From positions 1 through 32,175 of the forward strand of contig CAZNGK010000001.1 of the NCBI GenBank assembly GCA_964572575.1: DNA of 32,175 nucleotides, read 5' to 3'. The notes under the pieces were generated by a model that saw only the letters and a program-made list of their open reading frames with translations, ran no database searches and was not told where the DNA came from. The position numbers and the translations under genes are program-made. Shown here piece by piece: positions 7,887-15,854 of the stretch; positions within the stretch are counted from its first letter, which is position 1, and each line of letters begins with the position of its first letter. The stretch is from an uncultured Thermoplasmatales archaeon. Its GTDB lineage: Archaea; Thermoplasmatota; E2; UBA202; JdFR-43.

Positions 7887-8534
7887 TCAATGTTTCTGTG
7901 GAAATACCAATTTTATTTTTGGAGGATCTGTGTCATATCCTCTTATGATCCTGCTCAAATTGGTATATTCACATGGGTATTCTATTGAAACAACAGATAT
8001 TCCAGATTTTTCAATCATGCCCGCAAGTATTGGAGATAAAATATAATCTCTATAAATCATGTTGGCACAAAATCTTATTCCACACATCTTTTTACAATGT
8101 TTATCAAATACCGTTAGTATATCAACTCCACCAATCTGAAATACTTCATGTCCATAATTTAGTATGAATCTCTCAACATTGCTATTCTCATTTATTGCCA
8201 TTCTCACAAGTTTATTCCTCAAATCATCCATTGTTTTTACAAATTCTTTCCTTTGCTTATTATATGTCCTTATCGCAAATCCACTTCCATCTGGCAACTC
8301 AACAATATCTTCCCTGGGAACTAAAAGGAAATCCTGCCTAAAATACTCACCTTCATCATCGCTATAATAGATTTTGGATGATAACCTTACATCACTATTG
8401 TAAATGTATTTAGGACCAATAATACCGTTTGGGATGGCAATATCGCACAATCTTATTATTCTAAATGGATGTTTTTCTTTGCTGATTTCCTTCAATTTTA
8501 ATTTCGCCGAAAGCAGTAACAACTTCTGGTCCAT
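7887..8534 (-). CDS. hypothetical protein (215 aa)
   Basis: Long intact ORF with no motif I can name. Confidence 0.6.
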   Translation of the reverse strand: MDQKLLLLSAKLKLKEISKEKHPFRIIRLCDIAIPNGIIGPKYIYNSDVRLSSKIYYSDDEGEYFRQDFLLVPREDIVELPDGSGFAIRTYNKQRKEFVKTMDDLRNKLVRMAINENSNVERFILNYGHEVFQIGGVDILTVFDKHCKKMCGIRFCANMIYRDYILSPILAGMIEKSGISVVSIEYPCEYTNLSRIIRGYDTDPPKIKLVFPQKH

Positions 8535-8586
8535 GTTAGTAAATTACTATAAAATATATATCTTTTACTTAACGGTTTAACAAAAT

Positions 8587-8636
8587 AGCAAATTTTACAC
8601 GGAAACCCCCCACTTTTCGTTGAAATTTTGCATTCT
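8587..8636 (+). repeat. lox/FRT-like site 2: arm L2 (19 nt), core ccccccac, arm R2 (23 nt)
   Basis: agcaaattttacacggaaa-ccccccac-ttttcgttgaaattttgcattct. R2 is the exact reverse complement of L1. L2 matches the reverse complement of R1 at 16 of 19 positions. The core has the same orientation as in site 1. Confidence 0.7.
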
Positions 8637-8681
8637 ATTGCATCTGAATGCTAACATATAACACAATAAGTTAAGATAGAC

Positions 8682-8781
8682 GGGATGGCAGGGATGTCAA
8701 GGATATTTTATATTTTAACTATAATCATGATAATCATAATGAAATTAAAGTAAGAAAAAACCCTACCATCCCTGACAACCC
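8682..8781. repeat. imperfect G/C-rich inverted repeat (21 nt arms, 15/21 pairing) around a 58-bp AT-rich spacer
   Basis: gggatggcagggatgtcaagg ... ccctaccatccctgacaaccc, with direct repeats caataagtta at 8665-8674 and 8810-8819 outside it. Confidence 0.5.
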
Positions 8782-8816
8782 AGCCACACCACAACTCTAT
8801 TCTTTAACTCAATAAG

Positions 8817-8978
8817 TTAGTATGTTGCCATTGCTTTCAATCTTTGTATTTCGTGTTTATGTTCCAAAATCCAACAATGCACACACAATCCGTTTTTATA
8901 TTCCTCCACAACATCCCCATTTGAAAGAAGGTGTAAATCTCTGGTCATTTTTTTACCACATCTGCTACACCTTTTCAT
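8817..8978 (-). CDS. small zinc-ribbon protein (53 aa), below the ORF-track cutoff
   Basis: MKRCSRCGKK...LCVHCW has two CxxC pairs. Translated by hand with a clean TAA stop. Confidence 0.45.
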   Translation of the reverse strand: MKRCSRCGKKMTRDLHLLSNGDVVEEYKNGLCVHCWILEHKHEIQRLKAMATY

Positions 8979-9043
8979 TTAATTTTTAATTGTAAATGGT
9001 ATTTATTGTTTATGATTCTTGATTATATTAGAAAATTATATTA

Positions 9044-9397
9044 ATGCAAAATATATTTATTATCATGTCAAAACTTTATATGAAAGCAATTTCCGATACA
9101 AGAAAAAACATTATAACCACAAGAGGGCATAAAGATATTGCCATTGAATTATATTATGATGAGGATAACAGAAACAGAAATGTTCTTTTAAAATTTGCAT
9201 ATGCAAAAGGAGAGAAGGGAAAAACTAAATTTTTGAAGGGAAAACCGTTGATGGCAAAATTGATAATGTATGGAGAAGATGGCACATTTACATTTTGTGA
9301 AATAAGCGAGGATCATAAAGTTGCTTGTGAGTCATTAAAGGATGTGGAAACTAAAAAATCATCTCAAATAGAGTGGGAATTGCTTCAAAAGGATTAA
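9044..9397 (+). CDS. hypothetical protein (117 aa or shorter)
   Basis: Intact ORF. The true start may be an internal ATG (9065 or 9080) given TATA-like sequence at 9051-9063. Confidence 0.5.
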   Translation: MQNIFIIMSKLYMKAISDTRKNIITTRGHKDIAIELYYDEDNRNRNVLLKFAYAKGEKGKTKFLKGKPLMAKLIMYGEDGTFTFCEISEDHKVACESLKDVETKKSSQIEWELLQKD

Positions 9398-9816
9398 ACT
9401 GTGGCATATCTTTGTTCCATATACTTTATCTTATTAATGTTAGCCCTTAAATCAACTTTTGATGTTTGAATATCAATTGTTTTAATGTGAGGTTTTCCAA
9501 TTACATCCTTTTCAATTTCTATTAATGCATCAGTTCCTCTTGATTTTATATTAACCTTTATTTCGTTTCCGATCTTTTCAAATTTATGTTCTGTAACATC
9601 ATAAATGTTGGCATGCATTGGTGTAATAATATCAGGCATACGCAACTTTCTCATTTCATCTTCAGTTTCTCCAGTAATAACAACACTAATATTTTTATCT
9701 CTGCCTAACTTAATATATCCATCCTCAAGAAGGCATATTGTGTATAAAGGTGGAAGTTTCTTTAATGTCCCGTTTGCTTCATTACATAAATTTTCAAGCC
9801 ATTCTTCATCATCCAT
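9394..9816 (-). CDS. hypothetical protein (about 140 aa)
   Basis: The first 24 codons of the track ORF (to 9888) run through the palindromic promoter module B1, so ATG 9816 (MDDEEW) is preferred. Confidence 0.5.
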   Translation of the reverse strand: MDDEEWLENLCNEANGTLKKLPPLYTICLLEDGYIKLGRDKNISVVITGETEDEMRKLRMPDIITPMHANIYDVTEHKFEKIGNEIKVNIKSRGTDALIEIEKDVIGKPHIKTIDIQTSKVDLRANINKIKYMEQRYATV

Positions 9817-9858
9817 TGTGGTATAAACCCGCAAGTAATTAAAATATTTTCTAAAATA

Positions 9859-9884
9859 TTCCCCAAAAGGGGAAAATTTAAAAA
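9859..9884 (+). promoter_or_regulatory. Family-B module B1: palindrome TTCCCCAAAAGGGGAA fused to the TATA-like AAATTTAAAAA
   Basis: The first T of the palindrome is 48 nt upstream of ATG 9907, and the architecture matches B2-B5. Confidence 0.7.
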
Positions 9885-9906
9885 CCAATTCTATATTTAT
9901 AAATCA

Positions 9907-10242
9907 ATGAACATACTTGGGATACTTGAACTGGATGAAAGAAATAGAGTGTATTTCCCATCAATTGTGTTTGATATTCTTGATAAACCAGAGCATTTAA
10001 AAATTGTTGAAAAAATCATTGATGGAAAGAACCAGATAGTTATTGAATCTGAAAATTATGGTGGAAAAACAATTGCTAAAATAAATGTAAATGCCAATAT
10101 GAGGAGAGGAACTATACCAAAAAAGGTTAGAGAAAAGTTATCATTGAATGCTCATAATCCATTTATCATATTACTCAAAAATGATAGAAATGAGATAATG
10201 ATGAAAAGGTTGGATGTTGAAAAAATAGTTGGAGATGATTAA
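9907..10242 (+). CDS. AbrB/SpoVT-like DNA-binding protein (two swapped-hairpin-like repeats)
   Basis: RVYFPSIVFDIL and GTIPKKVREKLSL resemble the AbrB/MazE-type motif. First gene after B1. Confidence 0.55.
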   Translation: MNILGILELDERNRVYFPSIVFDILDKPEHLKIVEKIIDGKNQIVIESENYGGKTIAKINVNANMRRGTIPKKVREKLSLNAHNPFIILLKNDRNEIMMKRLDVEKIVGDD

Positions 10243-10243
10243 G

Positions 10244-11029
10244 ATGAATCTGGAAGTTATGCACAATAGAATGAGAAAGGCGAAGGAAATTGCTAAAAGT
10301 TTGAGGAATATGGAAGCAGATGGCTACTACATACTCATAAGACCGCACATGAAAGTAGGGGGTGTCGTATTTGCCCTTGATACGGTATATACAAAAGAAG
10401 GTCCGCAAAGATTTATGCATTTTGTTGATATTGAAGATTTTAAACCTTATGTAGAACCATATGAGGAGTGGGATTTACTTGAACAATCGTTTGTTCCCAA
10501 TATAACAAAATTCGGATTTGTTTGGCTAACATGCAGGCAAAATCATCTTCCAGAATCTGAAAAGTTATACTGGATACACCCAGCGGATGCAGAGCATGTT
10601 AAAGATTCAGAAAAAACCATTAAGAGATTAATGCAGGAATTAAATGAGTTAAAAAGAAGAAATGATGAATTGAGCGATCAAAACAATTTCCTATCATCTG
10701 AATTACAGGCATTAAATGAAAGAATTAGTGATTATGAGAGTAAGGTAACAAAACTTACATTGCAGAATGAACATTTGAGTTCAACATTACTTGAGTATGA
10801 GATAAATATCAATAGATTACAATCTGTGGTAAATAAGATGATTGCATACTATGAGCAGAGTGTTGCCAAAGCAAAGGAGGAAGGTAAATATGAAGCAATG
10901 GAAGGTCTTGATAAATTTAAGACAGAAGCAATGAGGTTGCAGGAAATAATGGCGATGTTCAACACAATGGGATATGGAGGTAAAGAGATTAAAGAAGAAA
11001 AAACAGTAGAAAAAAAGGTTGAAGGATAA
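10244..11029 (+). CDS. coiled-coil protein
   Basis: The C-terminal half is heptad-rich (ELNELKRRNDELSDQNNFLSSELQALNERISDYESKV...). ATG 10244 follows the upstream stop 10240-10242; the track start 10229 is TTG. Confidence 0.6.
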   Translation: MNLEVMHNRMRKAKEIAKSLRNMEADGYYILIRPHMKVGGVVFALDTVYTKEGPQRFMHFVDIEDFKPYVEPYEEWDLLEQSFVPNITKFGFVWLTCRQNHLPESEKLYWIHPADAEHVKDSEKTIKRLMQELNELKRRNDELSDQNNFLSSELQALNERISDYESKVTKLTLQNEHLSSTLLEYEININRLQSVVNKMIAYYEQSVAKAKEEGKYEAMEGLDKFKTEAMRLQEIMAMFNTMGYGGKEIKEEKTVEKKVEG

Positions 11030-11031
11030 AT

Positions 11032-11475
11032 ATGGGGATAAAAGAACCATTCTGCGTTAATTTCGTAAAGACAAACTGCCCATACTGTAAGATAGGGGAT
11101 AGAATAATAAACCAGGGGTTTTTGAAAAATTATCTCCGATTGAACCACAATTTTACAATAATAAACATAAAGAAATATTATGGTGCAATGAAAATATGGT
11201 GGGATAAGGTATCTCCCAACATGCTTGGAGTTGATAGAACTGCTACGCCTTCATGGGTTTTCTTTGAAAATAAAAGAAGAATGTTTGGAAGACCAAAAAA
11301 AATATTCATATTGTCCAGAAAAAGCACTGGATATAAAATAAGAGATTTAAGAGATCAGGTTCTTGCATTAAAAGACAGCATGGAGGAGTGGTTGTGGGAA
11401 ACATATCCAGAGTATATGGGAATGAAAAGCGAATTAATGCATATAGGAGAGGAGGAGTATATGTATGTCATCTAA
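11032..11475 (+). CDS. glutaredoxin/thioredoxin-fold-like protein with a CPYC motif
   Basis: FVKTNCPYCK is the classic glutaredoxin active-site context. The C-terminal extension is unassigned. Confidence 0.5.
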   Translation: MGIKEPFCVNFVKTNCPYCKIGDRIINQGFLKNYLRLNHNFTIINIKKYYGAMKIWWDKVSPNMLGVDRTATPSWVFFENKRRMFGRPKKIFILSRKSTGYKIRDLRDQVLALKDSMEEWLWETYPEYMGMKSELMHIGEEEYMYVI

Positions 11476-12220
11476 AAAATATAAATTAAAAGCGGTTGAA
11501 GGCATAAGTTATGAACAGATGACAGATTCGCTTGATAATCTTTACAGGTATGGCAGGATAGTAAGAAATGTTTATGGTGTTGAGGTTTCAGAACCATTTA
11601 CACAAATAGGTGCAGAAGTATTGAATGTAAAGTTAGATGAGGAGGCAACAGTAACTGATTACATCATATATGGAAAAGAAATAATTGAATACCCAAAACA
11701 ACAGGAATTTGGTGAATTATTTGATGGAATAAACCCGCATTATCAACTTATTCATCAATTATTGAGAGATCATGACAGAATATCAGAAAAAGCATTGATA
11801 AGATTATACACAGAAAAATATAGATTTTTACCAAATAACAGAAGTGGCATAAACTATTTAAAAGAAATACTTGAAAGAATGAGATTGAACGGTTATTTAC
11901 TTCTTGAAATAGAAAGGGAAGGATTATCAAGAATAATTTGGTATAAAATTGGCAGAGGTATCAGAACAAGGAACAAAAGAAGGTTGGAAGCAAAGGAAGG
12001 TTATGATCCTGTTATGCTTGCCATATATGACTTTTTAGATAATTTTGTTGAAGGTGCTACATTCAATGATATTTTCAGATATATGGTTAATGGAATAGCA
12101 TGGCTTGAAACGATAAATGATCTTGAAAGATATTTAAATTTGATGGTAACTCTTGGGAATATAGTGGAAGTAAATGGAATGTATAGGGTAAAAGAGCCGA
12201 TAAAACCTTTCCAGCATTGA
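11465..12220 (+). CDS. hypothetical protein (251 aa), possible wHTH repeats
   Basis: Overlaps the upstream gene by 11 nt. Intact ORF. Confidence 0.55.
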   Translation: MSSKKYKLKAVEGISYEQMTDSLDNLYRYGRIVRNVYGVEVSEPFTQIGAEVLNVKLDEEATVTDYIIYGKEIIEYPKQQEFGELFDGINPHYQLIHQLLRDHDRISEKALIRLYTEKYRFLPNNRSGINYLKEILERMRLNGYLLLEIEREGLSRIIWYKIGRGIRTRNKRRLEAKEGYDPVMLAIYDFLDNFVEGATFNDIFRYMVNGIAWLETINDLERYLNLMVTLGNIVEVNGMYRVKEPIKPFQH

Positions 12221-12225
12221 TTATA

Positions 12226-12252
12226 TTCCCTAAAAAGGGAAAATTTATATAT
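12226..12252 (+). promoter_or_regulatory. Family-B module B2: TTCCCTAAAAAGGGAA plus TATA AATTTATATAT
   Basis: 47 nt from the first T to ATG 12273, directly upstream of the micro-protein/radical-SAM operon. Confidence 0.7.
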
Positions 12253-12272
12253 GTTGCAGTAATTATTATTTG

Positions 12273-12452
12273 ATGCCGATAACGGTGCAGGATGCGGTTA
12301 CTTTAAAAAACATTCCTAAATCTTTATGTGATTTACTTGGAGGAATACACACAAGAGAGGGAGATTGCATTGCTGTCATAGAATTAAGCGATGAAAATCC
12401 AAACATAGCAAAATTGATAAAATTGGAAAAAAGGAGGGGTCTGCGTGAATGA
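12273..12452 (+). CDS. two-Cys micro-protein paralogue 1 (59 aa), candidate rSAM substrate
   Basis: PKSLCDLLGG...GDCIAV, ends EKRRGLRE, aligns with the next two ORFs. Confidence 0.55.
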   Translation: MPITVQDAVTLKNIPKSLCDLLGGIHTREGDCIAVIELSDENPNIAKLIKLEKRRGLRE

Positions 12453-12633
12453 AAATAAAAAAATAAAGAGAGTATATGTTACAAGATTTAAGGATTTAGA
12501 TCCAACAATCTGTGAGGAAAAACTAAAGGGTAAATTAAATGGCGATGTTTGTGAAGTCAATGTCATTGAATATGAGGATGGAGAAAAGGAGTTTGTTTCA
12601 TCAGATGAAGTAGAGAAAAGGGGGTTGAGATAA
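12445..12633 (+). CDS. two-Cys micro-protein paralogue 2 (62 aa)
   Basis: The GTG start is 5 nt after the SD AAGGAGGGG and overlaps the upstream stop. PTICEEKLKG...GDVCEV, ends EKRGLR. Confidence 0.55.
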   Translation: MNENKKIKRVYVTRFKDLDPTICEEKLKGKLNGDVCEVNVIEYEDGEKEFVSSDEVEKRGLR

Positions 12634-12830
12634 TGTTGAAAAGAAAAGGTGATAGGAAAATAGTTGTGATTGATGGAAATCAGATAAGCCCTACTGTGTG
12701 CGAGGATGTGCTTGAGGGAACTTTTGATAACAAGTCAAATAAGTGCTATGTGGCAAGGGAAAAGATAGATGAAAACAAGTCAATACTTGAGAAATTGGAT
12801 ATTGAGATAATAGAAGGAAATGAAGAATGA
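12633..12830 (+). CDS. two-Cys micro-protein paralogue 3 (65 aa)
   Basis: TAATG overlap, SD AAGGGGG. PTVCEDVLEG...NKCYV. Confidence 0.55.
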   Translation: MLKRKGDRKIVVIDGNQISPTVCEDVLEGTFDNKSNKCYVAREKIDENKSILEKLDIEIIEGNEE

Positions 12831-13831
12831 GCAAGTTACAACTGTTCATCTTCCTAACAAACATATGTAATTTGAGATGTAAGGGATGTCCAGTATTTAA
12901 GGATATACACAGAAGTTTAACATTAAAAGATATAGAAAAAATAGCAACAACATGGGATTACTCAAGAGTTGCACTTCTTGGTGGAGAGCCATATGCATAC
13001 AAAGATTTGAATAAAGTTGTTGATATGTTCAACAAGCCAGTTACAATATACACCAATGGAACTATGTTGAGAGAGGATAACATTATTGAAAATGTTGTAT
13101 ATGCTGTTTCTCTTGATTCTTTAAACCAAAAAATTAATGATACCATAAGAGGTCAGGGCGTTCATAAGAAAGTGATGCATGCTTTGAATACATTGAGAAA
13201 AAATAAGGAGAAAAAGAATATTAAAGAAATCATAATAAGAACAACATATAACTCAAGAAATTATAGCGATATTTTCAATTTAATTGAGTTTGCTGAAAAA
13301 AATGAATTTGGATTGGCATTACATCCAAGAATTGGTTGGGAAGTGCAGGATGAAGGGATATACGCTGGTCTTACCGCAGAGCAACAATTGAATTTGTTTA
13401 GAGAAATTATCAAACATGATAAGATGGTGATCCTAACACCCCATTTTTTCCAGTGGATTGGGAATAAACATTATAGATGTCCTGCTGGAGAATTTAGATT
13501 GGCAATAAGAGAAAACGGAATGGTAAAGCCATGTCAGTGGGGTAGTTATATAATAGGAAGTATAAGAAATCATGAATTTGACTATTTTAGACAGAAAGGA
13601 ATAGAATATAATAGAGAATTTGTTCAAAAGAGGATTCCAAAATCATGCTTATTTTGTGAAAGGGTTATGCAGTGTCATGGAGGATGTTTATTAATAAACG
13701 ATACAGTAAGATGCCCGTTAAGATATAATGGCGGATCATATAATATAAGAAGATTTTATGGAAATAGTGATATAAGTAGATTTAAGGTTGGATTGAAAAG
13801 GTTGGGAAGAATTGGTTTTAGTGGATGTTAG
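12827..13831 (+). CDS. radical SAM enzyme with a C-terminal SPASM domain (peptide-maturase type)
   Basis: CNLRCKGC (Cx3Cx2C) at residues 14-21 and a GGEP motif. Complete 7-Cys SPASM pattern: CPAGEFRLAIRENGMVKPC (Cx12Gx4C), then CLFCERVMQCHGGC (Cx2Cx5Cx3C), then ...RC. ATGA overlap with paralogue 3. Confidence 0.9.
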   Translation: MSKLQLFIFLTNICNLRCKGCPVFKDIHRSLTLKDIEKIATTWDYSRVALLGGEPYAYKDLNKVVDMFNKPVTIYTNGTMLREDNIIENVVYAVSLDSLNQKINDTIRGQGVHKKVMHALNTLRKNKEKKNIKEIIIRTTYNSRNYSDIFNLIEFAEKNEFGLALHPRIGWEVQDEGIYAGLTAEQQLNLFREIIKHDKMVILTPHFFQWIGNKHYRCPAGEFRLAIRENGMVKPCQWGSYIIGSIRNHEFDYFRQKGIEYNREFVQKRIPKSCLFCERVMQCHGGCLLINDTVRCPLRYNGGSYNIRRFYGNSDISRFKVGLKRLGRIGFSGC

Positions 13832-14733
13832 ATAAATTCCTCACTTTCTTCCTCCTCTTTATCAATTTCCTCAATTTTTTCTTTTACAAGATCCCATATT
13901 TTATCCCTGAATTTGGGATTTTTTTCAATTGCTTTTTCTATAACCTTTATTAATTCACTTTCCTTCATTTCCTCCGCCGATTTGCCAAGAAATTCACCAA
14001 GATATTTTTGATATATCTTTTCTCTTAATTTGTCATTTTCAATTGCACTTAACATATCATATACTACTCCAATAGTTTCACTATATAGATCAGCAAATTT
14101 TTCACCGCTTTTATCGGTTTTAATAGCACCTACCTTCGATTTTAATACCTTTATTTTTTTCACTACAACATCTCTTATGAATGCAATCTTTTCATCATCG
14201 GTATAATAATTTTTAATAAATTCAGCAAGTTTTTCAAGAGCAACAGTTAAATCAACATGCAGTTCCTGACCTCTTAACATATCTCTTTCAATTTCATCAA
14301 GATAACCTACTATTTTTTTAACAGAATCTGAAAAGTTACCATAAGATATTTTATAAAATCTGATCGGGAAATATATGCCATAATCTGATAGCAGAGAAAC
14401 TATCTCTTTATATCTTGAATAAAATGTTATGATAAAATTATCATCATAGCCATTGTTTTCAACCAATTTTTTCAATGTTAGTAATTTGGATTTAATCTCA
14501 TTGATGTATTGGCTATCATAACCATTTATTGTCATGTATGTTAATATATCACCAGCAAACCCATTGTAGTATTTTCTAAATTTTTCCATATCGCCTTCGT
14601 TCAATATTCTTGGTATCCACTCAACATAAAAATTTATCCTTCTTAATAAACTCCACTTTTCGCCTTCTTTTTCTATGAGTAACTTCATTTGTGCTGGCTT
14701 TTCAAATTCTCTTACTTTTTCTATTGCTTCCAC
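13828..14733 (-). CDS. hypothetical protein (about 300 aa), helical, acidic C-terminus
   Basis: The track ORF extends to 14790 through promoter module B3. GTG 14733 lies exactly 47 nt from the palindrome, as in B2 and B4. An alternative ATG is at 14688. Confidence 0.55.
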   Translation of the reverse strand: MEAIEKVREFEKPAQMKLLIEKEGEKWSLLRRINFYVEWIPRILNEGDMEKFRKYYNGFAGDILTYMTINGYDSQYINEIKSKLLTLKKLVENNGYDDNFIITFYSRYKEIVSLLSDYGIYFPIRFYKISYGNFSDSVKKIVGYLDEIERDMLRGQELHVDLTVALEKLAEFIKNYYTDDEKIAFIRDVVVKKIKVLKSKVGAIKTDKSGEKFADLYSETIGVVYDMLSAIENDKLREKIYQKYLGEFLGKSAEEMKESELIKVIEKAIEKNPKFRDKIWDLVKEKIEEIDKEEEESEEFI

Positions 14734-14751
14734 ACTATGTAAATATGAACA

Positions 14752-14780
14752 ATAATAAAAAATTTCCCTTTTTGGGGAAG
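14752..14780 (-). promoter_or_regulatory. Family-B module B3 (minus strand: TTCCCCAAAAAGGGAA plus ATTTTTTATT)
   Basis: Same palindrome-plus-TATA architecture as the other B copies. Confidence 0.6.
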
Positions 14781-14816
14781 TGAAAAACATTTAAAAACAG
14801 TAGTAAAATTGTTATT

Positions 14817-15134
14817 ATGCAACCCAAAATCATAAAATTAGAAAAAATAAGGCATACACTGTTACAAAAGGCAAAAAAGTTTTCAGTTAAATGGGATGAT
14901 AAGAATGTAAAGATATTCATAAAAGGTTGTCTTGAAGATGGCGGAGTTCCAATGTTCAAAGATAGATTTGCTGGAGAAAGATTTGAGGTTGATGGAAAAC
15001 CAGCAGTGTTGGGAATCTGTTATGGTGGAAAGGGAAGATGGAAGGATTCACAATGGTTTAAAGATGTTCCAGAAGAAGATATTGATGTTATTGAAAGCAT
15101 GACAGGAGAGTGGAAAGAATTTCTTTCTGAATAA
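14817..15134 (+). CDS. hypothetical protein (105 aa)
   Basis: Intact ORF divergent from 13828-14733. Confidence 0.5.
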   Translation: MQPKIIKLEKIRHTLLQKAKKFSVKWDDKNVKIFIKGCLEDGGVPMFKDRFAGERFEVDGKPAVLGICYGGKGRWKDSQWFKDVPEEDIDVIESMTGEWKEFLSE

Positions 15135-15171
15135 AAAAGAAAATATTTAATATATCTTTAAATATAATATT

Positions 15172-15483
15172 ATGCCAGATATTGGTGGTGATTTAAAAGG
15201 AGTTAAAGAAATAACCGCATGTGCCAGTAGAACAACCGATCTTTATTTTGATTTGGATCAAGTGAATTTCGGTTTTGGAATAAATACCATTCTTGATAAA
15301 TTTGAAAAATGGAGGGAAATATGCAAAATAAGAAGTGATGATGTATTCGTTCCTAAAAAGTTAATCAAAGATGCTATCAGAGATTATAAAGAGGGAAAGC
15401 ATGATCTTGTGAAAGGACAACTTGAAACTGCACAGAAGCAAATAATGAGGGAAGCATTGATAAAAATATCAAGAGCAAAATGA
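15172..15483 (+). CDS. hypothetical protein (103 aa)
   Basis: TATA-like tatttaatat about 25 bp upstream. Intact ORF. Confidence 0.55.
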   Translation: MPDIGGDLKGVKEITACASRTTDLYFDLDQVNFGFGINTILDKFEKWREICKIRSDDVFVPKKLIKDAIRDYKEGKHDLVKGQLETAQKQIMREALIKISRAK

Positions 15484-15812
15484 ATGGCGATTACATATTG
15501 CCAAAAATCTTTAATCCAACAGCACTTAAAGTAATAGAATTTTTTTTAAGAAAAAATGAGGAGAATGGTGAGGGCAAGGAATATAATCTGTCAAAATTTG
15601 CTGAAGAATCTGGAATATCAAAAGGTGCATTGCACAATGCAATAAAAATACTGGAGGAATATGGTATAATAACATCAAAAGAAAAGCCAGTTAATGGAGG
15701 ATATGCAAAAATAATTGAAATTGATTGGGATAATGAAATGGTATATCTTCTGATGAACACATTTTCCGCACTTATTAAGTTTATTGATGCATATAACTGT
15801 TCAAAAAAATGA
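15480..15812 (+). CDS. winged-helix transcription regulator (110 aa)
   Basis: NLSKFAEESGISKGALHNAIKILEEYGIITSKE. ATGA overlap with the upstream gene. Confidence 0.65.
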   Translation: MNGDYILPKIFNPTALKVIEFFLRKNEENGEGKEYNLSKFAEESGISKGALHNAIKILEEYGIITSKEKPVNGGYAKIIEIDWDNEMVYLLMNTFSALIKFIDAYNCSKK

Positions 15813-15854
15813 ACGCTTCCAATTATTTATAAACCCTTTTTATATTACATAATC

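Noticed and set aside
8665-8819. MITE interpretation of the inverted repeats with caataagtta direct repeats
   Set aside because: The direct repeats are 7 and 28 bp away from the inverted-repeat ends rather than abutting them, the arms pair at only 15 of 21 positions, and no other copy was seen in the window.
9817-9888. N-terminal extensions of track ORFs 9394-9888 and 13828-14790 (the latter covering 14734-14790)
   Set aside because: These extensions translate the palindrome-plus-TATA promoter modules B1 and B3, and downstream starts fit the conserved 47-48 nt spacing
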